Shown here: positions 9,586 through 20,129 of the stretch, one piece after another
Numbering within the stretch: position 1 is the first letter of the stretch
How the letters are laid out: every line of letters starts with the position of its first letter
NCBI GenBank assembly: GCA_963666365.2
Contig: CAXXNF010000002.1
Coordinates: forward strand, 512,001-576,000
Length of the DNA stretch: 64,000 nt
From: Syntrophales bacterium
GTDB lineage: Bacteria; Desulfobacterota; Syntrophia; Syntrophales; UBA2210
Direction: 5' to 3'
Translations under genes and position numbers: made by a program
Notes under the pieces: model-generated
Told to the model about the DNA's origin: nothing
Database searches by the model: none
Seen by the model: only the letters and a program-made list of their open reading frames with translations

Positions 9586-11868
9586 ATGCCGATAGCAACA
9601 GACAGACTGCGGATGTTACTCATCAACACATTTATATTTCTCATAGCGTTTGTGTGGGCTGATGAACTGATCGATATGCCCCGTGTTACTTCCGGCGGTC
9701 AGCCAACACCCATAAATTGGGTTGAAGCACTAATCGAGACGGTGGTGATTGCAGCGGTGGGCTTTCTTACGGTAACACGATTTTTTTCAAAGCAAGAAGC
9801 AAAGAGCCCGCGCGGATTAGCGAGGGAAGAACGGTATACCTGGATCACGGTGTCATGTTCGTTTCTGGGGTTGTGTTGTATGGTATGGCTAAATGAAATT
9901 ATAGACGTGCCCTATCTTCTACTGCAGGGCGAAAAAACTCCCCTCAACTGGTCGGAAGCCGCTGTTGAAACATTTCTTATTATTATCGTCGGTGGCATAG
10001 CACTCTCGATTCTGATGCGCAAGATACGTGAACGAGACAAAGCACAGAATCTTTTTTTCAAAAGCTTTTACTTCAATCCTGTCGGGGCAGCAATTACATC
10101 ACTAAACAATAACACAATAATTCATGTAAACGAGGCATTTTCTGCCACGACCGGTTACAGGCCGCAACAGATTGTCGGAAAATCTATGGAAGAGCTTAAC
10201 ATGTGGGCTTTTCAGGAAGAACGCAATGAGGTGATTACTGCGCTTCATAAAGAAGGCTCTGTGCGCAATGTGGAAGTAAGCATCCGAGATATCGAAGGAA
10301 ATTACAAGACCGTTTTGTATTCGGCAGACATCATTGATTATGTAGGTGAACAGCATGTGCTTTCCGCGGCCATTGACATAACAGACCGAAAACGTACACA
10401 GGATCTGCTCATAAAAACCGAGACCAAATACAGGGATATGTTTATGCACTCGATACAGGGCATTGCGGTTTATAGTGAAACAGAGGACGGCGACGATTTT
10501 GTTATAATGGACATCAACAAAGCGGGCGAACGAATAGATAGAATCAAGAAGGCAGACGTCATGGGAAAGACAGTTTCTGAAATATTTCCAGGTATTCGTG
10601 AATTCGGCCTGCTTGACGGGTTGAAGCGAGTATGGAAATCTGGTGAAGCTGAGCACCTGCCCACATCGTATTATAACGATGGAAGGATCGAGGGTTGGCG
10701 GGATAATTATTTATATAAGCTCGCTTCAGGCGAGATTGTGGCACTCTACAGCGACGAAACGGCGCGTAAAAATGCCGAAAAGGAACTTTCCAAGCGTCAA
10801 CGGGAACTTCTGATAAGCGAGGAAAAGTTTTCCAAGGCCTTTCACGCAAGCTCTGATCTTATCACAATTTCGACACTAAAGAACGGAGTCTTTATAGATG
10901 TCAACGATATGTTTCTGAAAACTCTCAGCTATTCGCTGAAAGAGGTTATCGGACACTCCGCGATAGATCTTGGCATGTGGGGAAACAGAGAAAAGCGGGA
11001 TCTGATGACCGATATTGTGCTTAAACAGGGGAAAATACGTAATTACGAAGTAAATCTTCACACCAAAGACGGGAATGAGCGGACAATGCTGGTGTCCGCC
11101 GACAGGTTTGTGTTTCAGGGCGAAGACTGCATGCTTATGATAAGCCGTGACATCACCGATCGAAAACGTATGGAGGAGCAGATTAGGCTCTCCGAAAAAC
11201 AACTTCGTGATCTATACAAAAACCTTCAGGAAACAAGAGAAACTGAGCGAACTCGTATTTCCCGTGAAATTCATGACGACCTCGGTCAAGAGCTTACCGT
11301 ACTGAAACTGGAAATGCAACAATTGGCGCATACATTACCCGAGGGTGATGATGTTTTTAAGAAAAAGACCGCGGTAATTATAGATCACATAGACTTGGCC
11401 ATAGACTCCATGAGAAGAATTTCAATGGACCTGAGGCCCGCCCTGCTGGATCAGCTTGGCCTGATTGCGGCAATTGAATGGCAAGCCGAAGATTTTCAGA
11501 AGAGGGCGGGTGTTCCCTGTCTCCTGACTATTGATCCCGGGATTACGATAATCAACACAAAACTATCTACCACCCTGTTTCGTATTTTTCAGGAAACGTT
11601 AACGAATATAACCCGTTATGCTTCGGCTTCGAAGGTGAATGCTGCATTGCGAAAGCTGCCGGATGCGCTCGAGCTGACCGTTTCAGATGATGGAAAGGGG
11701 ATTACAGAGGCAGAGATTGAAAATCCTAAGTCCTTCGGCATAATCGGCATGAAAGAACGAGTATCAGACTGGGGTGGAACAATCGAGATATCGGGAAAAA
11801 GAGGGAGGGGTACCACGGTACGGGTGTCGATTCCTTTCTCCGCCAATGATATAAGGGAGACTGATTAA
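9586..11868 (+). CDS. Membrane PAS-domain sensor histidine kinase (HisKA_3/NarX-like)
   Basis: Four N-terminal TM helices, three PAS repeats (DITDRKR), ERTRISREIHDDLGQEL, FRIFQETLTN, DDGKG, GIIGMKER; start chosen after GGAGG. Confidence 0.9.
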   Translation: MPIATDRLRMLLINTFIFLIAFVWADELIDMPRVTSGGQPTPINWVEALIETVVIAAVGFLTVTRFFSKQEAKSPRGLAREERYTWITVSCSFLGLCCMVWLNEIIDVPYLLLQGEKTPLNWSEAAVETFLIIIVGGIALSILMRKIRERDKAQNLFFKSFYFNPVGAAITSLNNNTIIHVNEAFSATTGYRPQQIVGKSMEELNMWAFQEERNEVITALHKEGSVRNVEVSIRDIEGNYKTVLYSADIIDYVGEQHVLSAAIDITDRKRTQDLLIKTETKYRDMFMHSIQGIAVYSETEDGDDFVIMDINKAGERIDRIKKADVMGKTVSEIFPGIREFGLLDGLKRVWKSGEAEHLPTSYYNDGRIEGWRDNYLYKLASGEIVALYSDETARKNAEKELSKRQRELLISEEKFSKAFHASSDLITISTLKNGVFIDVNDMFLKTLSYSLKEVIGHSAIDLGMWGNREKRDLMTDIVLKQGKIRNYEVNLHTKDGNERTMLVSADRFVFQGEDCMLMISRDITDRKRMEEQIRLSEKQLRDLYKNLQETRETERTRISREIHDDLGQELTVLKLEMQQLAHTLPEGDDVFKKKTAVIIDHIDLAIDSMRRISMDLRPALLDQLGLIAAIEWQAEDFQKRAGVPCLLTIDPGITIINTKLSTTLFRIFQETLTNITRYASASKVNAALRKLPDALELTVSDDGKGITEAEIENPKSFGIIGMKERVSDWGGTIEISGKRGRGTTVRVSIPFSANDIRETD

Positions 11869-11953
11869 ACGCACCACATCAAATCATTACATATATAATG
11901 CGTCAATAAAGTACAACAGGCTCACAGCGATGAAAGAACTCTGAAAAGTTACA

Positions 11954-13918
11954 ATGGAAATAACCACGGACATCATTCTCTTAATCGTCGCAGCGTTTTT
12001 CAGCGGTCTTCTGATGCAGAAGCTCGGCCAGCCCTTGATACTCGGATATATGCTGGTGGGGTTTATTCTCGGTCCCCATACAGGGGGGGTCACGGTTTCA
12101 AGCATCCATGAAATAGAACTGCTGGCGGAAATCGGCGTTGCCCTGCTTTTATTCGCCCTGGGGCTCGAATTTTCCTTCAAGGATTTAAAAGAAGTCAAAA
12201 AGATCGCCCTGATCGGAACCCCTATTCAGATACTGCTGACTATAGGGCTTGGTCTGGGAATCGGACATTTCCTGGGCTGGGAATTGAGACAATCTCTCTG
12301 GTTCGGCGCGTTGATTTCTCTTTCCAGTACCATGGTAATTCTGAAAACACTGATGAACCAGGGCTGGATCGGCACACTGTCGAGCAAGGTGATGGTGGGG
12401 ATGCTGATTGTGCAGGATCTGGCGGTGGTTCCCATGATGATTATCCTCCCCCAGATACACACTGCTGAGATTGGTCTGTCCGCACTCGGGTATGCCGCGG
12501 TGAAGGCGGCGTTCTTTATCGCGGTAATGGTGCTCCTGGGTACAAAGCTTTTGCCTCGACTGATGACCCATATAGCCAAACTGGGCTCGCGGGAACTGTT
12601 TCTGCTTGCGATTACCGCCATCGGGCTCGGGATAGGCTATGTAACCTATCTGTTCGGTCTTTCCTTTGCCTTTGGCGCCTTTGTGGCGGGTATGGTGTTG
12701 AGTGAATCGGACTACGGCCACCAGGCCTTGAGCGATATTATTCCGGTCCGGGATCTTTTTGCATTGCTCTTTTTCGCCTCCGTAGGCATGTTGCTGGAAC
12801 CGGCCTTTCTCCTGCAGCATTGGAGTGAGGTGATCCTGCTTGTTGTTCTGGTAAGTGTGGGGAAGGGATGCATCTTTGCGGCACTCTCACGGCTCTTTGG
12901 CTACGGTAACGTGGTTCCTTTTGCCGTTGGGCTGGGACTGTTTCAAATCGGGGAATTTTCCTTTGTCCTTGCACAGGTGGGCCTGGTGACAGGCTCAATC
13001 AGTCACGACCTCTATTATTTTGTGCTCACCACCGCAGTGGTTACGATGGTGCTTACCCCGCTTGTCTCAGGCCGGACGGCACAGTTATATGCACTGAAAA
13101 AGCGCTGGTTCAAACACGAACCTCTTGAAACGAAAAATATTCCTGAAAAGGGTCTTCAAAATCACGTGGTCATTGCCGGCGGCGGCCGCGTGGGCTATCA
13201 GATCGCAGAGGTTCTCACGCGACTGGGACTCCAAAGCGTGATCGTCGAGATCGACCAGCGCAGATTGGAAAAGGCAAAAATAGGGGGAATACCTGTTGTC
13301 TATGGAGATGCAGGCCATGAGATTGTGCTTGAAGCGGCTGAAATTGCAGGCGCAAGTCTCCTTGTGGTGACCATGCCTTCGATTGTTGTGGCCCGATCGA
13401 TTATCAAACACGCAAAGCGCTGCAACAGCAGAATCGAGGTGGTCGCAAGGACATCGGATGCCGAATTTTTGCCTGTTTTTGCAGAGCTGAATGTGAGGGG
13501 CGTGGTCCTTCCTGAATTTGAAACCGGATTGGAGATGATTCGACAGGTGCTTCTGGATCTCGGCATACCGGCCCCGGAGATTCAGCAGTGCACGGAGACG
13601 ATGCGACAGGAGCTTTTCGGGCCCATGTTCAAACCGGTCAGCGGTTACCGTACATTGGGACAGTTCAGAACGGCGGAACAGCAATTCGATCTGCAGTGGG
13701 TATTGATTGAAGACGCCAGTCCGCTCATTGGGAAATCAATCGGGGAAACCGAGATCAGAAAAACTACGGGGGCTTCAGTTGTTGGAGTGATCAGGCATGA
13801 GGTGCTTGAGCCGAATCCGGCGACTCATTTCAGTTTTGGCGCGGATGATCTAGTTGCAATCATCGGTACCGACGAGGCGCGGGCAGCCTTTCGGCAGATG
13901 GCGGAGGTTCATGAATGA
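11954..13918 (+). CDS. CPA2 (Kef-type) cation:proton antiporter with TrkA-N and TrkA-C domains
   Basis: [45 protein letters not shown]. Confidence 0.9.
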   Translation: MEITTDIILLIVAAFFSGLLMQKLGQPLILGYMLVGFILGPHTGGVTVSSIHEIELLAEIGVALLLFALGLEFSFKDLKEVKKIALIGTPIQILLTIGLGLGIGHFLGWELRQSLWFGALISLSSTMVILKTLMNQGWIGTLSSKVMVGMLIVQDLAVVPMMIILPQIHTAEIGLSALGYAAVKAAFFIAVMVLLGTKLLPRLMTHIAKLGSRELFLLAITAIGLGIGYVTYLFGLSFAFGAFVAGMVLSESDYGHQALSDIIPVRDLFALLFFASVGMLLEPAFLLQHWSEVILLVVLVSVGKGCIFAALSRLFGYGNVVPFAVGLGLFQIGEFSFVLAQVGLVTGSISHDLYYFVLTTAVVTMVLTPLVSGRTAQLYALKKRWFKHEPLETKNIPEKGLQNHVVIAGGGRVGYQIAEVLTRLGLQSVIVEIDQRRLEKAKIGGIPVVYGDAGHEIVLEAAEIAGASLLVVTMPSIVVARSIIKHAKRCNSRIEVVARTSDAEFLPVFAELNVRGVVLPEFETGLEMIRQVLLDLGIPAPEIQQCTETMRQELFGPMFKPVSGYRTLGQFRTAEQQFDLQWVLIEDASPLIGKSIGETEIRKTTGASVVGVIRHEVLEPNPATHFSFGADDLVAIIGTDEARAAFRQMAEVHE

Positions 13919-14008
13919 AATATGGGCCGACTATGAAGACAACAGAGGGACACGGGGCGGCGCGGCAAATGTGTTACACTTCATGAAAGTATTGGAAGGA
14001 GAGCAGTT

Positions 14009-15070
14009 ATGGGAATTGCGGTGATATTCTTTCTGGCGCTGGGCGTTATTTTTGCGATCTCACTGCTTTATTTACTGGTTGTGGCGCTTGTTCCCGGAAT
14101 CAAGGCTCCGGCGGTGTCAGTGAAAAAAGAAAAAGGTACAGGGGGAGGGGAAAACGATTTGTCACAGATCAGCAGCAAAGCGCATGTATCCTTTGCCGTC
14201 AAAGACACAAAAATACATGGATGGCTTTTTCTTCCCCGGGATATGGCCGAGCCGGTTGCCTGCATTGTAATGGCCCACGGATTCGGCGGGACCAAGGATA
14301 TGGGGCTGGAATCCTACGCGATCCGGTTTCAGGAGGCCGGTTTTGCGGCACTTGTGTTCGATTATCGGTATTTCGGCGAAAGCGAGGGGGGCCCGCGTCA
14401 ATTGTTGTGGATACCCTTTCAGCTGGAGGATTGGTCTGCGGCGATTGAGTATGCGCGAAACCTCGAAGGAATCGATCCGAAGCGGATTGCCCTCTGGGGG
14501 ACTTCATTGAGCGGCGGACATGTAATCGTAAAAGCGGCACGGAACAGGGGGATTGCCTGTGTTGCCGCCCAGTGCCCCGGTATGGATGGTCGTGCATCGG
14601 CTGAACATATTTATAAAAATCAGGGAATTGTAAAATCTCTGTGCCTGATACTGCACGGGCAGCGTGATATGGTGCGGTCATGGCTGCACCTTTCGCCCCA
14701 TACCATACCGATTGTGGGAAAGAAAGGCGATATCGCCTGCTTAACGACACCGGGCGCCTATGAGGGGTTCGGAAAACTGGCGCCGGACAACTTTATAAAC
14801 GAAGTCTGCGCCCGCATTGTGCTGCGGGCGGATAAATATCGTCCGGTTGCGGAAGCGCACAACGTGCGCTGTCCAGTGTTGTTGCAGATATGCGACCGCG
14901 ACGAGATTACCCCGCAAAGTGCTGCAGAACAGACAGTCGAACAGCTGGGGTCATGCGCCGATGTCAGACACTATCCGATTGGTCATTTTGATATCTATGA
15001 GGGGGAGCATTTTGAGATAAGCCTCAGCGATCAACTGGCGTTTTTCCGGCGGCATCTGGGCAAGATCTGA
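14009..15070 (+). CDS. Membrane-anchored alpha/beta hydrolase
   Basis: N-terminal TM, MAHGFGG, FDYRYFGES.G, nucleophile WGTSLSGG, GHF. Confidence 0.85.
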   Translation: MGIAVIFFLALGVIFAISLLYLLVVALVPGIKAPAVSVKKEKGTGGGENDLSQISSKAHVSFAVKDTKIHGWLFLPRDMAEPVACIVMAHGFGGTKDMGLESYAIRFQEAGFAALVFDYRYFGESEGGPRQLLWIPFQLEDWSAAIEYARNLEGIDPKRIALWGTSLSGGHVIVKAARNRGIACVAAQCPGMDGRASAEHIYKNQGIVKSLCLILHGQRDMVRSWLHLSPHTIPIVGKKGDIACLTTPGAYEGFGKLAPDNFINEVCARIVLRADKYRPVAEAHNVRCPVLLQICDRDEITPQSAAEQTVEQLGSCADVRHYPIGHFDIYEGEHFEISLSDQLAFFRRHLGKI

Positions 15071-15104
15071 TTTATCGGACGGGATATCAGATGAGCGATA
15101 TCCC

Positions 15105-15656
15105 CTATCGTACCGGTTTTTGCCACTCCTTTGCAAAGACTTCTCCTATTTGTGCTGTCTGGCTCTGATCTATCTTCAAGGCCTTTGCGATCTCCGCATA
15201 GAGCTTTTTCCTGTCGCTGTTTTCGGCCTCAATATTGGCACGCAAAGACCTTTTGCTTTTCAGATCGAGCCCCGCTTCGCTTTTTATAGAAACGAAGCCG
15301 TCCGATTCTTCTTTAAGGACACCTTTTAGGTAGTAAGGTTTAAGGGTTGAGTACCTGTTTTTCATGCTTTGCTTTAAAGATCTGATTGTCGGATTCGACA
15401 CGTCCGTAACCTCGTCGGCATATGCGGCAGGAACGGAAACAACAAAAATGGTCTTTTGAAAGAGAAAACTTTGATCCTTCTCAACATTATTTTCTGCCGG
15501 CGCCTTTTTTTCTTGCCCGCGAATCTCGTTGACTATTTCTCCTGCCACTGACTCCACCTTTTCGGCGGGGAAGTATATGTTAATGGTCACACAGGCGAGT
15601 ACTAACAGTGAAGTTAACGCACCCGTCAGCACAAAGCGCTTTCTCCTCGTGTTCAT
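15105..15656 (-). CDS. YdbL/DUF1318-family lipoprotein with a YnbE-like N-terminus
   Basis: Lipobox VLAC followed by VTINIYFP; C-terminal G.L.E..DG and EN.DR..LY..IA (DUF1318); downstream of a YdbH-like gene. Confidence 0.7.
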   Translation of the reverse strand: MNTRRKRFVLTGALTSLLVLACVTINIYFPAEKVESVAGEIVNEIRGQEKKAPAENNVEKDQSFLFQKTIFVVSVPAAYADEVTDVSNPTIRSLKQSMKNRYSTLKPYYLKGVLKEESDGFVSIKSEAGLDLKSKRSLRANIEAENSDRKKLYAEIAKALKIDQSQTAQIGEVFAKEWQKPVR

Positions 15657-15724
15657 GATTTCCTCCTTGTTACGGTTGTTCAGGGCTTCCTGTCGGCAGC
15701 TTCGATCTATGGATGTCGCACAGG

Positions 15725-18700
15725 TTACTCTATGAGCGGTGAGGCGCTTTCTTTTGTAACCCTTTGTATCCTCTTTACCATGTCTTTGAAGCTGATTCGA
15801 TTGTCAGGATTTTGATTTACTATATTTACACCTGAAAAACCACCCCTTTTGATTATATATTCTGTTTCACCTTCCTTTATGGTTCCGTTTATTTTGAATA
15901 CATCATTTTGCAGAGACGCCCGGACTCCAATTTTTTCATAGTGGAATTCCTTGAAAAAAGATGAGATTACACCTGCGAGTCCGACAAATGGGCTTTGGCC
16001 CCCTCCTATTTTGGCGATATTTTCGACGGCCTTTACACTTATTTTCTGCTCAACTCCCTTGCGGGGGGTTGTTTCAAGAAGAAGATCAAATTTCTGAGGC
16101 TGTCCATAGGCGATTTCGAAACCCCTTACATACCCTTGAAGTATGCCTTCAATTTTACCGAAGGAGGTGTTTGTCGTCATTTCGGCCAGGTCCAGGCCGT
16201 CTATCCGTGCGTCAAATGAAAGAAGCGGTCCGCTGAAAAAGGAAGATGCCCTGATATGCGAAACGACTGCCGTTCCTCCAAAGACATCGGCCACGATTTC
16301 ACCTTCGGTTGTGATCATATCTTTCGTAATTTTTACGGGATCCAGTCTGCCGTCCAGTGTGCCCTCGATATGGGGAAACACAGCTTCAGGAATAAAGGGT
16401 CCTATATCGAGGGCTTCTATCAAGATATCTGATTGTATGGATGGATGCGGACCGGCTATTTCCAGGAAAGAGATGGGACCGACGCGCAGGGGACCGCCGG
16501 GTGTTGCCACTTCCGTTGAAGAATCAATGGTGAGCGCGTTTGGTGCAGCTCTTAGAGGAAGAGAGAAAGTCTGGGTCGGAAGAAAGGGCATTCGAAGCGA
16601 TTCTATGTCGAGTTTTCCCGTCAGGGGATTGCCCGCATGCCTCTTTGCCCCTGTGTGAATCCAGAGAGGAAGATCGAGAGACAGACCGGTAAGGCGAATC
16701 TTTGCATTGTCGTATGACAACACTCCATCTTTCCAATGGAGATATCCCAGGATATCAGCGCCTGTGCGGTCTTTGTCAACTTGGAAGGAGGCGGAGATAG
16801 TTCCACCTGTAGCAATTGATTCCAATGCCGGATGCTCAGCTTTAAACGGTTCTCGTACAAAGGTCTCAAATAATGGAGAAACAGAAGCTTCATGCATTTT
16901 TATGAGAATATTCCCTTCAGGAGCATAGGGATATACGGTCCATTGTCCTTTGAAATCCAAGTCAAACCTGTCATAGAGCGCAAAATTCATTTCTCGAAGT
17001 ACTATGATCTTTTTCGTAGTTTCGTAATTTCCCTTAAAATCCGACAACACCGCGTGTTTCCCCAAATCCAGATAAAATGTGTCGAAGAGCACCTCGCCAT
17101 TCGTTACACGAACCGAACCGTCAAACGATGAGAATCTGTCTGTCGGGTCGTAGAGGCAATTGACCGAGACTGCGGCATCAATACCCTCACCGATGCAGAG
17201 GGCAGCGCCGTCTTCAAAGTTGCACGTATCTACACGCAGATCGGTTTTTAAACGCCATGACTTTCCTTTTTCCCTCTCTGCGGATAGTCGGATTGTGTCC
17301 GAGCCGCTTACTTTCCAGCCTTCGGGAAGGAAGCCCTGTGCCTGTGCACACTCCAGCAGGCCCGTATTGACTCCCGTAAGATTGATCCGGCAGAGTTCAC
17401 CTTTTCCCTCTCCCTGCAATTCAATGCGGTGCAATTCCTCAGAATCAATTGACAGGAGTGGCAATCCGAAGGCCTTTGTCAAAAAATCAAAATAGCACTT
17501 TTCTGAGGATAGGCGAATATCTTTGATATCAAGGGATGTTTCTCCTGCGACAAGGCGCATCTTTGGTATGGTCAACGCCATAGTGCCCATAGTAAAACGG
17601 GGGAATCGGCCGTCAATGTTTACGCGTCCGCTGCAGGGCGAAAGGCTGCACAGGGGTGAGTCCACGGTGCAGCCGGAGGCGGTGATATCAGCGCTGATAG
17701 TTGGATTTACCGCCTCTCCTCTGACTGAAATATCTCCGGTAATGCCGCCTTTAATACTGACGTCCTCCATAGAAAAGAAGACGGGATTGTGGTGAAAAAA
17801 AGTTTTCAGGTCGCAGTGATAGTTCCAGGCGTCGTTGCTCTTGAGGCCTTTCAGGGCGCCCCGGATCTGAACGGAACCGCCCAGATGGGCCGTTCCCATC
17901 GCTTTTTTTGTCGTCTCTGGCAGAAACGCTTTGAGCTGGGAGGGGACAAATGATCCCTCGAAGATGTCAAGAATTATGCGCCCCCCCTTTCTAACGCTGG
18001 CCTTGAGTGCGCCTTGAAGAGAAAACAGATCCTGTGCGTTGAGACTGAACTGTTTTGCATGAATATCGGCACTGTGTAAGTCAAAGGCGCCGTCCATTTT
18101 TCCCTCTATCTCGCAGGGAAATGCGGCCACCCCCTTTCCGAATGTTCCCTTTCCCATGAATTCAAAGGCATTCCATGTCAAGAGAGCTTTCTCTTGTTCG
18201 TATCCGATGCAGGAATTGAGATTCACATTGTCCAGGCTGCCCCAGGGTGTTGTGATGGATGCATGAGATATCGATACCTTGGCGCTGATATCGAGCCTGG
18301 CCGGAGAGAAGGAACTCTTTGTGGCTGCATGAATATCGGGAAGGAGTATGGTGATGTCAGGTTCAGTTACAACTGTTCGTGACTCACAGGTAATCTCGAT
18401 GTGGTTCTCTGCATTCATGCGAGCGTTGATGTTCGACAGGGCAACGGCGCCCATATCGGAAATAAAGGCAAGATCGCCGTTGTCGATTTCAATGCTTCTG
18501 AATTCGATTTCCTTGAAAAGAAAGAGCCCTGTAATGCCCTTGAGGATTGTTGACGCTATCGATGATGATCTCGATCCAGGGGATGGCGCCGGCAGGCTGC
18601 TTTTCTGGTGCAGTCGCAGCGAGGGGTTGTTGAGGCGGATCGAATCAACGATGAGCGTCTTGCGACCGAAAGGTCCCTCCCGGTGAAGATCAACCGCCAC

Positions 18701-18964
18701 CTCAGAGACAAAGGCCCCTGTCTGATGATCGCCTTCGACCTGTTTCAACGTTACCTGCTGCAACAAGAAGTGAATCGGTGAGACGGTATACTCTATGCGC
18801 TTGACGGCAACCTGCACACCGCTCACATCTTCGACGGTTTTTTCTATGAGTGCTTTGGTTCTTTCCGGGCTGGCAAGGTAATAGGCGAGTATCCCCGCGA
18901 CAGTCAGCAGAGCTGATAAAGAAATGATTGCCACCAGCAAGATGATCTTTTTCTTTCTGCTCAT
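15725..18964 (-). CDS. AsmA-like/YdbH-type intermembrane lipid transport protein
   Basis: Single N-terminal TM, long beta-rich body, C-terminal FGKIEG.L.G...Y.KIG...L.ND region; adjacent to the YdbL-like gene. Start taken at MSRKKK. Confidence 0.65.
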   Translation of the reverse strand: MSRKKKIILLVAIISLSALLTVAGILAYYLASPERTKALIEKTVEDVSGVQVAVKRIEYTVSPIHFLLQQVTLKQVEGDHQTGAFVSEVAVDLHREGPFGRKTLIVDSIRLNNPSLRLHQKSSLPAPSPGSRSSSIASTILKGITGLFLFKEIEFRSIEIDNGDLAFISDMGAVALSNINARMNAENHIEITCESRTVVTEPDITILLPDIHAATKSSFSPARLDISAKVSISHASITTPWGSLDNVNLNSCIGYEQEKALLTWNAFEFMGKGTFGKGVAAFPCEIEGKMDGAFDLHSADIHAKQFSLNAQDLFSLQGALKASVRKGGRIILDIFEGSFVPSQLKAFLPETTKKAMGTAHLGGSVQIRGALKGLKSNDAWNYHCDLKTFFHHNPVFFSMEDVSIKGGITGDISVRGEAVNPTISADITASGCTVDSPLCSLSPCSGRVNIDGRFPRFTMGTMALTIPKMRLVAGETSLDIKDIRLSSEKCYFDFLTKAFGLPLLSIDSEELHRIELQGEGKGELCRINLTGVNTGLLECAQAQGFLPEGWKVSGSDTIRLSAEREKGKSWRLKTDLRVDTCNFEDGAALCIGEGIDAAVSVNCLYDPTDRFSSFDGSVRVTNGEVLFDTFYLDLGKHAVLSDFKGNYETTKKIIVLREMNFALYDRFDLDFKGQWTVYPYAPEGNILIKMHEASVSPLFETFVREPFKAEHPALESIATGGTISASFQVDKDRTGADILGYLHWKDGVLSYDNAKIRLTGLSLDLPLWIHTGAKRHAGNPLTGKLDIESLRMPFLPTQTFSLPLRAAPNALTIDSSTEVATPGGPLRVGPISFLEIAGPHPSIQSDILIEALDIGPFIPEAVFPHIEGTLDGRLDPVKITKDMITTEGEIVADVFGGTAVVSHIRASSFFSGPLLSFDARIDGLDLAEMTTNTSFGKIEGILQGYVRGFEIAYGQPQKFDLLLETTPRKGVEQKISVKAVENIAKIGGGQSPFVGLAGVISSFFKEFHYEKIGVRASLQNDVFKINGTIKEGETEYIIKRGGFSGVNIVNQNPDNRISFKDMVKRIQRVTKESASPLIE

Positions 18965-19053
18965 GATGACGGTTGTCTGGTTTTCCGATGCGTCGCGGCC
19001 GCTCCAAATCACGCTGCATCATTGAGAAGTTTTAAATATCTGTCTGATTCTCA

Positions 19054-19983
19054 TTATTTTTCGCGGCGCCCTCTGAGCGCACTGATTGCTGTCCCATAGA
19101 GATCTGCCGCATCGTAAGAACTTCTGACAAAGGGTCCGCTTGCCACGGCGGAAAATCCTAGTGCCAGGGCCCTGCTCCTCCAGTCATCGAACTCTTCCGG
19201 GGGAATGAACCTCTCTACGGGAAGGTGTCTGCCCGTGGGCTGAAGATATTGACCCAATGTAAGTATGCTGCACCCTGCCGCGAGCAGATCTTCCATGATC
19301 TTCAAAAGTTCCTGCGACGTTTCGCCAAGACCAAGCATAATGCCCGATTTTACCGGAATCTCAGAAGCACTGCTTCCCGTTGCCTTCATAATATTCAGTG
19401 AACGTCGGTAATCGGCGCCGGGTCGCACCACATGATACAGTCGCGGCGCCGTTTCTATGTTGTGATTGAGAACGGTGGGGCCTGTGTTGAGCACGGTTGC
19501 CAGGGCGTCAACGTCTCCCTGAAAATCCGGAATCAATACCTCGACTTTTACATTCGGAACAGTTGTTTTGATGGCTTCTATCGTTTCGGCAAAGCAGGAC
19601 GCGCCGCCGTCGGGAAGGTCGTCCCTTGTCACAGAGGTGATTACTACGTACTGTAATCCCATGGCCGCAACGGTTTCCGCCACGCGGGCCGGTTCGTCCC
19701 GGTCCGGAGGTTTCGTGGGGCCATGGTCGACGGCACAGAAGCGGCATGAACGGGTGCAGCGATTTCCCATAATCAGAAATGTGGCTGTTTTCTTTGAAAA
19801 GCAGTGCCACAGGTTCGGACATCGCGCTTCCTGGCAGACCGTATGAAGCCCCTTATCCTTGATCATGGATCGTATGGTTTCATACCCCGGACCGGCTTCC
19901 AGTCTTTGTTTCAGCCATCGTGGCTTGCGTACCGGTTTTTGAACAGTGGATGTAATGAATTCGTCCATGGATTCCTTATGCAT
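19054..19983 (-). CDS. lipA: Lipoyl synthase
   Basis: CQEARCPNLWHC, CTRSCRFC, TSVTRDDL.DGG, NHNIET, RSSY. Confidence 0.96.
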   Translation of the reverse strand: MHKESMDEFITSTVQKPVRKPRWLKQRLEAGPGYETIRSMIKDKGLHTVCQEARCPNLWHCFSKKTATFLIMGNRCTRSCRFCAVDHGPTKPPDRDEPARVAETVAAMGLQYVVITSVTRDDLPDGGASCFAETIEAIKTTVPNVKVEVLIPDFQGDVDALATVLNTGPTVLNHNIETAPRLYHVVRPGADYRRSLNIMKATGSSASEIPVKSGIMLGLGETSQELLKIMEDLLAAGCSILTLGQYLQPTGRHLPVERFIPPEEFDDWRSRALALGFSAVASGPFVRSSYDAADLYGTAISALRGRREK

Positions 19984-20129
19984 CGGGGGTTACCCTATTG
20001 AAACTGCGACGAAGTCAAACGCCTTGCAGCCATTTGGTGATCAATATTTCTCTTTCTGTGGTTCAATGACGTCTTTTACCGGATGATATCATAAAATTGC
20101 CCAGTGTACACGAATTGATGCCGGAGCGA

